Below, one piece after another: positions 57,857 to 64,000 of a DNA stretch of 64,000 nt. The notes under the pieces are model-generated. The model was not told where the DNA came from and made no database searches. It worked only from the letters and a program-made list of their open reading frames with translations. The stretch is taken from positions 1 through 64,000 of the forward strand of contig CAVPLM010000010.1 of NCBI GenBank assembly GCA_963706025.1, written 5' to 3'. Source of the DNA: an uncultured Actinomycetes bacterium. Lineage in GTDB: Bacteria; Actinomycetota; Thermoleophilia; RBG-16-64-13. Both the position numbers and the translations under genes were made by a program. How positions within the stretch are numbered: position 1 is the stretch's first letter; the number at the start of each line of letters is the position of its first letter.

Positions 57857-60800
57857 GTGAGCGTAGAGAAGCCCACGTTTCAGAATGTTCTGCTGGGCCT
57901 GGAGGAGTTTTGGGCCAGGCAGGGTTGTGTCATCTGGCAGCCGCATCACACCGAAGTGGGAGCGGGCACTTTCAATCCGGCCACGTTCCTCAAGGTGCTG
58001 GGCCCGGACCCGTGGAAGGTGGCTTACACGGAACCCTCCATCCGCCCCACCGATGGGCGCTACGGGGAGAACCCCTACCGCCTCGGTCATTACTATCAGT
58101 ATCAGGTGATCCTCAAGCCCTGCCCCGACGACGTGCAGGATGTCTACCTGGCTTCTCTGGAGTACTTGGGCATCGATCTTGCCAAGCACGACGTTCGTTT
58201 CGTGGAAGACGACTGGGAATCTCCAACCCTGGGCGCCTGGGGACTGGGCTGGGAAGTGTGGATCGACGGCATGGAGTGCACTCAGTTCACCTACTTCCAG
58301 CAGGTGGGAGGCATCGATCTCGATCCCCCCAGCGTGGAACTCACCTACGGCACCGAGCGGCTCGCGATGTATCTGCAGGGTGTGGACAACGTCTTCGATC
58401 TGGTGTGGGTCCCGGGCGTCACCTATGGGGACGTGCACAAGGCCAACGAGGCCCAGTGGTCGGTGTACAACTTCGATCTGGCCGATGTGGGTATGTTGCA
58501 GAAGGCCTTCGCCGACAACGAGCGCGAGTGCGAGCGGTGTCTGGAACGGGGGCTGGTGAGGCCGGCATACGACTTCGTACTCAAGAGCTCGCACATGTTC
58601 AACCTGCTGGACGCCCGGGGTGCGATCAGCGTGACCGAGCGGACCGGCTACATCGCCCGGGTCCGCAACCTTGCCCGCAAAGTGGCCGAGGGGTACGTCG
58701 GTCAACTCGATGGAGGGGCCGCCGCCGGGCCTGCTAGTGCCGCGGACACTGGCGTGGCCGTCGCTGCCGCGGCCGTGGCTGCCGCGGACGGCGCCGCCGA
58801 GGTAGCGACCGGGGCCGGTGCCGCCCCGGCCCCCGCCGACTATGCGGTCGGGCAGGGTGTCGACGGAGAGGGTACCGCCTGGATTCCGCCCGAGAGCCGC
58901 GAGGGCCGCGATCTGCTGCTCGAGATCGGCGTGGAGGAGATGCCCGCGTCTGCGTGCCGAGCCGCGATCGACCTGCTGCCCGACCGGGTGGCGGGACTTT
59001 TCGGCGCCGAAGGGGTGGAGCTCAGACGCGAGGACGTCCAGGTGATGGTGTCTCCCCGGCGCATCGCGGTGCTGATCAAGGACGTGCCCGGCGAACAGAC
59101 CCCTCGGGAGATCGTCCAGCGCGGCCCCGCGCTCGAGGCTGCCTTCGACGCGGAAGGCAGGCCCACCAAAGCCGCGGAAGGCTTCGCCCGGGCCAAAGGC
59201 GTGTCCGCCGACGATCTCGAGGTGCGGGAGGAGGCGGGGCGCCGGTTCGTCTACTACGTGACCAGGAGCGAAGCCAGGCCAACGGCAGGGCTCCTTCCCG
59301 ACATCTGCCTCAAGATCGTCCGCGACATGTATTTCCCCAAGAACATGCGCTGGGGTTATCGCGATCTGCGGTTCTCCAGGCCGGTACGCTGGTTGGTGGG
59401 CCTTTGGGGAGAGACGGTGATCCCGTTCGGCCTCGCCGGGCTGGTCTCGGGAAGGACCAGCCACGGCCATCGCTGGCTTGGGGGTGCGGTGGATATCGCC
59501 CGTGCGGCCGACTACGTCGAGGCGCTCCGCTCGGCGGCGGTCGTGGTCGACCATCGCGAGCGGGAGGCGTTGATCTGGTCGGAATTGGAGCGGGCGGCCG
59601 GTGAGGAAGATCTCGAGGTCGTGGATCCCGGCGGCAAGATGGAAGAAGTGCTGTTCCTGGTGGAGCAGCCCACCGTGGCCAGGGGCCTTTTTGCTCATCA
59701 CCACCTAGCCCTGCCCGCCGAAGTGCTGGTGACGGCCATGCAGTCGCATCAGCGTTACTTCCCGCTGGTGCAGGGGGACGGGACCCTCTCGAACCGGTTC
59801 CTCTACGTGACCAATGGCGACCCCGCCTGGGTGAAGCAGATCACCGCCGGCAACGAGCGGGTGCTCCAGGGCAGGATAGAAGACGCGGAGTTCTCCTTCG
59901 AAAAAGACAAGGTCACGGGGCTCGAACAGATGGCGGCCCAACTCGGCAAGATCGTCTTCCACGAGAAGGCCGGGAGTATGAAGGACAAGACCGACCGCCT
60001 GGTGGGTCTCACCGCGTACCTGGCGGAGGTGACCGGCGCTCCCGACGAAGTCCGGGAGCGCGCCCTCGAAGCCGCCCGTCTGGCCAAGGCCGACCAGGTC
60101 TCGGTGATGGTGCGCGAGTTCGCCGACCTGGAAGGGGTCATGGGCGAGAAGTACGCCCTCATGGAAGGTCATCACCCCGAGGTGGCCCAAGCGCTCCGGG
60201 AGCAGTTCCTCCCCGACGCGGCCGGCGGCGTGGTCCCGGTGACCGCGCCCGGAGCTTTGCTGGCCACGGCGGAGAAGGTGGACAACATCGCCGCCGCCTT
60301 CGCCTGCGGCGAGCCCCCGTCCGGCTCGAAAGACCCCTACGGCCTGCGCCGGGCGGCGGCCGGCATGGTGGCCATCGCCGGTCACCACCGACTCGGTTAT
60401 GACGTCGAGCGCTTGCTAGGTCGTGCCTACGACGGGCTGGAGCGTTTTCCGGGCCTGGTGGAACGCGAGTCCGTGGTGCCCGAAGCGACGGCCTTCATCC
60501 TGGAGCGGCTGGCCAAAAGCCTCACCGATGAGGGGGTGGCGCGTGACACGGTCGACGCGGTGCTTCCCACCTCTCGCGACTTCCTGGATCTGCGGGCCCG
60601 GGCCGCGGCGCTGCACGGATTCCGGTCGGGAGAGTCGTGGGAGGACCTGGTGACCGTCTTCACCCGGCCGTCGAATCTGGCGCGGAAGTTGCCCCCCGAC
60701 GAAGCCGCCGAGGCGACCGCCCGCCCGCAGGGCGGAGTGTCGCCGGCGCTGTTCCAGGCCGAGGCCGAGTCGGCGCTGTTCGACGCCTGGCAAGAGGCGG

Positions 60801-61010
60801 CGGGCGCGGTCGCGGCGGCGGTCGAAGGACAGCAGTATGGTGATGCCCTCACCGCTCTGGCGGCGCTGCGTCCGGCAGTCGACCGGTACTTCGACGACGT
60901 GCTGGTCATGGCGGAGGATGAGGCGGTCCGGCGTCAACCGGCTGCGCCAGTTGGCCGCGATAGCGGCGACGGTGCGCAGCGTGGCCTGGCTGGAGTTGGT
61001 CCAGGGCTGA
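57857..61010 (+). CDS. glyQS: Fused glycine--tRNA ligase alpha+beta (frameshift near 60935)
   Basis: Alpha motifs [23 protein letters not shown]; Ala-rich linker; beta [24 protein letters not shown]; C-terminus NRL..L in the shifted frame to TGA 61010. Confidence 0.93.
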
Positions 61011-61133
61011 AGAACAATCCAGGGGGCGCCTTCCGGCGCCCCCTGCGTCATGCTACGTACGGTGTTTCTCTGTCGTCCTGCGCGCGCCGCGCAGTCCGGC
61101 GCCCGCGTGGCGTCAGTTGCGGCCGGCCACCTC

Positions 61134-62594
61134 TTAGGCGACCCTATCGCCGGCTTCTTCGGCCAACTGAGCGGCATCTTGGCCGCGTTGCTTGCGGCGC
61201 TGGTACTCCGGATCGGCTTCCAGCCAGGCATGCGCCCAGGGCATCTCGTTCTCCCAGATGGGATTCAGCTTGTCGCGAACGCCGGCCGCATAGGTGTGAA
61301 GACCGGGCTGCAGTTCGTTGATCAACGACTCGGCCCCTTCATGGGTCGCGTAGGCGTGGTTGCGCTCGACGGCCCTCTTCATCACCGCCGGATGGTCGAT
61401 GATGGGGCAAGGCCGCAGCAGGTTCTTGCCGAAGGGCTGCATCCGACGGAGGTCCTTGAAGAAGTCGGAGCACAGGCAATCGAGCAGCGGCTTGTCCTTG
61501 ATGTTGTCGGTGGCGAAATGGGCGAAGATGCAAGGCTCTACATCGCCCTTGTTGTTGATGTGGATGTACTTGCGTCCACCGGACAGGCATCCGCCGGTCA
61601 GGGTGCCGTCGCCCCAGAAATCGGCTACCAGAAGCGGCCGGGTGTTGCGGATGTGCATCACCCCGCGGCGCAGCTGGTCCCGCTGGTCGGGGCTGGGCAT
61701 GAGGCTGAGGTCGGGGTCGCGGCCCACCGGCATGTACGAGAAGTACCAGCCGTAGAACGCGCCCTTTTCCACCATCAGATCGGCGAACTCGTCGGAGATG
61801 ATCTCCTCGATGTTCTGGCTGGTGGCGGTGGCCGAAAAGGCGACCATGGCTCCGCGCTCGCGTAGGCGGTCCATGGCCGCCATGATGCGGTCGTAGGTGC
61901 CTGCACCGCGGCGGGCGTCGGTAGCCTCTCGACCACCTTCGATGCTGATCGTCGGGCAGAGGTTGCCCAACTCGACGATCCTGTCGGCCACCCGGTCGTT
62001 GATCATGGTGGCGTTGGTGAACACCATGAACACCGATTGCGGATGACGCTCGATCACGTCGAGGAGTGGCCGCCATACGAACGGCTCCCCTCCCAACATG
62101 ACGAAGACTCGAGAGCCGATCTCCTCACTCTGGCAGATGATGCTTTCCACCTCTTCCTCGGTGAGGTCGTCCTCCGAGTCGTACTCGGCCGCATAGCACC
62201 CCACGCAGCGCAGGTTGCAGCGCATGGAGGGGCTGATGAGTATTGCCGTCGGCGAAGAAATGCCTCGTTCTTTCAGGAGCGACTCTGTGTAGTCCGGGTC
62301 CCGCATGAAGAAGTTGGCCATCATCCCGGCAACGAAACGTTTACGTACATTAGGATGAAGATGACGGATGTTCTTGAACAACTGGTTGCCGGGATTGCCG
62401 GGAGCCGTGTAGGTCTTGAGCCACTCGGCAATCATCTGCTGCTGCGGCGATTTAACCGTGCGCTTCACCGCCGTGGTGAGACCGCGCATGGCTAGATCGG
62501 AACTGCCGACTACGGCAAGGGCCCCCGAGATGATGGAGGCGGTCCTTTCGTAGTCGCGTCGTTCCCGAGCTGCTGTAAGTGAGAGCTCGGGCAT
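61134..62594 (-). CDS. Radical SAM/SPASM-domain protein
   Basis: [32 protein letters not shown]; AGGAGG RBS. Confidence 0.9.
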   Translation of the reverse strand: MPELSLTAARERRDYERTASIISGALAVVGSSDLAMRGLTTAVKRTVKSPQQQMIAEWLKTYTAPGNPGNQLFKNIRHLHPNVRKRFVAGMMANFFMRDPDYTESLLKERGISSPTAILISPSMRCNLRCVGCYAAEYDSEDDLTEEEVESIICQSEEIGSRVFVMLGGEPFVWRPLLDVIERHPQSVFMVFTNATMINDRVADRIVELGNLCPTISIEGGREATDARRGAGTYDRIMAAMDRLRERGAMVAFSATATSQNIEEIISDEFADLMVEKGAFYGWYFSYMPVGRDPDLSLMPSPDQRDQLRRGVMHIRNTRPLLVADFWGDGTLTGGCLSGGRKYIHINNKGDVEPCIFAHFATDNIKDKPLLDCLCSDFFKDLRRMQPFGKNLLRPCPIIDHPAVMKRAVERNHAYATHEGAESLINELQPGLHTYAAGVRDKLNPIWENEMPWAHAWLEADPEYQRRKQRGQDAAQLAEEAGDRVA

Positions 62595-62792
62595 AAGACC
62601 TCCTTTCCTTGTCACGTTTTGTGTCTACCGCACTACCATAACACACCCTGAAGTGCCCGGCCGAGGGAGGGAGGGGGCCGGCCGGCCCTCGGCATTCGCT
62701 TCCCTTCGGTCGGCTGCTTCGTTAGAATATCTGGTTCCGGGGGGACAGGCAAAAGTGGTTCGCGTCGCGTTGTTCGAAGGGAGTTCCTGCTG

Positions 62793-64000
62793 ATGAGCCC
62801 TACCAAACTCGTGTATGACTTCTCCGAGGGAAATGCCACCATGAAGCCCCTTCTGGGGGGCAAAGGGGCGAACCTGGCGGAGATGACTAGACTCGGCATC
62901 CCCGTGCCTCCCGGTTTCATCGTGACCACGGCCGCCTGTGTCCAGTACTCTTCCACCGGCGCTTACCCCGATGGGCTCACCGAACAGATCGAAGATCACC
63001 TCCACGCCCTCGAGAAGCTCACCGGCAAGACTCTGGGCGATCCCCGGAATCCCCTCCTACTCTCCATCCGTTCCGGCGCGGTGTTCTCCATGCCTGGGAT
63101 GATGGACACCGTCCTCAACCTCGGCCTGAACGACGAGACGGTGGAGAGCCTTGCGCAGGGCACCGGCAACCCGCGCTTCGCCTACGACTCCTACCGGCGG
63201 TTCATCTCCATGTTCGGCGACGTGGTCATGGGGGTGGACCCGCAGGCGTTTGAGGACGCCCTCACCGCCAAGAAGGCCGAGGTCGGCGCTGCCCTGGATA
63301 CGGATCTCTCGGCAGACGACCTTCGCGATCTCACCGTCCGCTTCAAGAAGATCCTGGGCGATCACGCCGGTGAGCAGTTCCCCGCCGATCCGCTCAAGCA
63401 ACTTCACATGAGCGTGGTGGCCGTCTTCAAGAGCTGGGATAACCATCGAGCCAAGGTCTATCGGCGCACGCAAGGCATCCCCGATGATCTGGGCACCGCC
63501 GTCAACGTCCAGACCATGGTCTTTGGCAACAAGGGCGAGACTTCCGGAACCGGCGTGGCCTTCACGCGCGACCCCTCCACGGGCGAGAACTTCTTCTACG
63601 GGGAGTTCCTGATGAACGCCCAGGGTGAAGACGTGGTGGCCGGCGTGCGCCATCCTCGCCCGCTCGAAGAGATGCGCGAAGTGATGCCTCACGCCTTGGA
63701 CGAGCTCTACGCCATCCGGGAGACCCTGGAGAAGCACTATCGGGATATGCAGGACGTGGAGTTCACCATCGAGGACGGCAAGCTCTACATGCTCCAGACC
63801 CGCAACGGCAAGCGCACCGCCCAGGCGGCGCTGCGTACCGCCGCCGAGATGGTGAGCGAAGGCCTCATCACGAAGGAAGAGGCTCTGCAACGGGTCGACC
63901 CCAGCCAACTCGATCAACTGCTACACCCTCGTCTCGATCCCAAAGCCACGTATGCCGTCCTGGCTACTGGGCTGGGCGCGTCCCCGGGGGCGGCGGTGGG
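62793..64000 (+). CDS. ppdK: Pyruvate, phosphate dikinase (3'-partial)
   Basis: LLGGKGANLAEM, PVPPGF, S.RSGA..SMPGMMDTVLNLG, NAQGEDVVAG, LQTR.GKRT. Confidence 0.95.
   Translation, partial: MSPTKLVYDFSEGNATMKPLLGGKGANLAEMTRLGIPVPPGFIVTTAACVQYSSTGAYPDGLTEQIEDHLHALEKLTGKTLGDPRNPLLLSIRSGAVFSMPGMMDTVLNLGLNDETVESLAQGTGNPRFAYDSYRRFISMFGDVVMGVDPQAFEDALTAKKAEVGAALDTDLSADDLRDLTVRFKKILGDHAGEQFPADPLKQLHMSVVAVFKSWDNHRAKVYRRTQGIPDDLGTAVNVQTMVFGNKGETSGTGVAFTRDPSTGENFFYGEFLMNAQGEDVVAGVRHPRPLEEMREVMPHALDELYAIRETLEKHYRDMQDVEFTIEDGKLYMLQTRNGKRTAQAALRTAAEMVSEGLITKEEALQRVDPSQLDQLLHPRLDPKATYAVLATGLGASPGAAV

Noticed and set aside
60935-61321. Extended GlyS C-terminus overlapping the radical SAM gene
   Set aside because: Frameshift artefact; the conserved NRL..L end terminates at 61010

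Overview
High-GC bacterial chromosome segment, most likely an anaerobic actinomycete-lineage organism (inferred from the fhaA-fhaB-pstP-rodA-pbpA-pknB cluster and Thr-rich lipoproteins). Many genes, including essential ones (serS, glyQS, rodA, pbpA), carry single-base frameshifts, which suggests indel errors in a long-read consensus. 1-22 kb: redox, transport and signalling genes, including an OsmC-family gene with an in-frame TGA and SECIS-like hairpin (probable selenoprotein). About 23.5-39.1 kb: an accessory region anchored at an intact tRNA-Ser(TGA). It is cut into cargo blocks (molybdate ABC/ModD/ModE, lipoprotein, ferritin-like protein, a 2-HK/2-RR system plus acyltransferase, S-layer protein) by repeated tRNA-Ser(CGA)-derived 3' fragments, most flanked by paired 11-bp arm-type repeats, with only a decayed tyrosine-integrase remnant. 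This tRNA-anchored, integrase-less cassette array is the main candidate novel system. 39-64 kb: core genes (pncAB, serS, pheA, tRNA-Leu, Ser/Thr kinase-cell division cluster, fused glyQS, radical SAM, ppdK).
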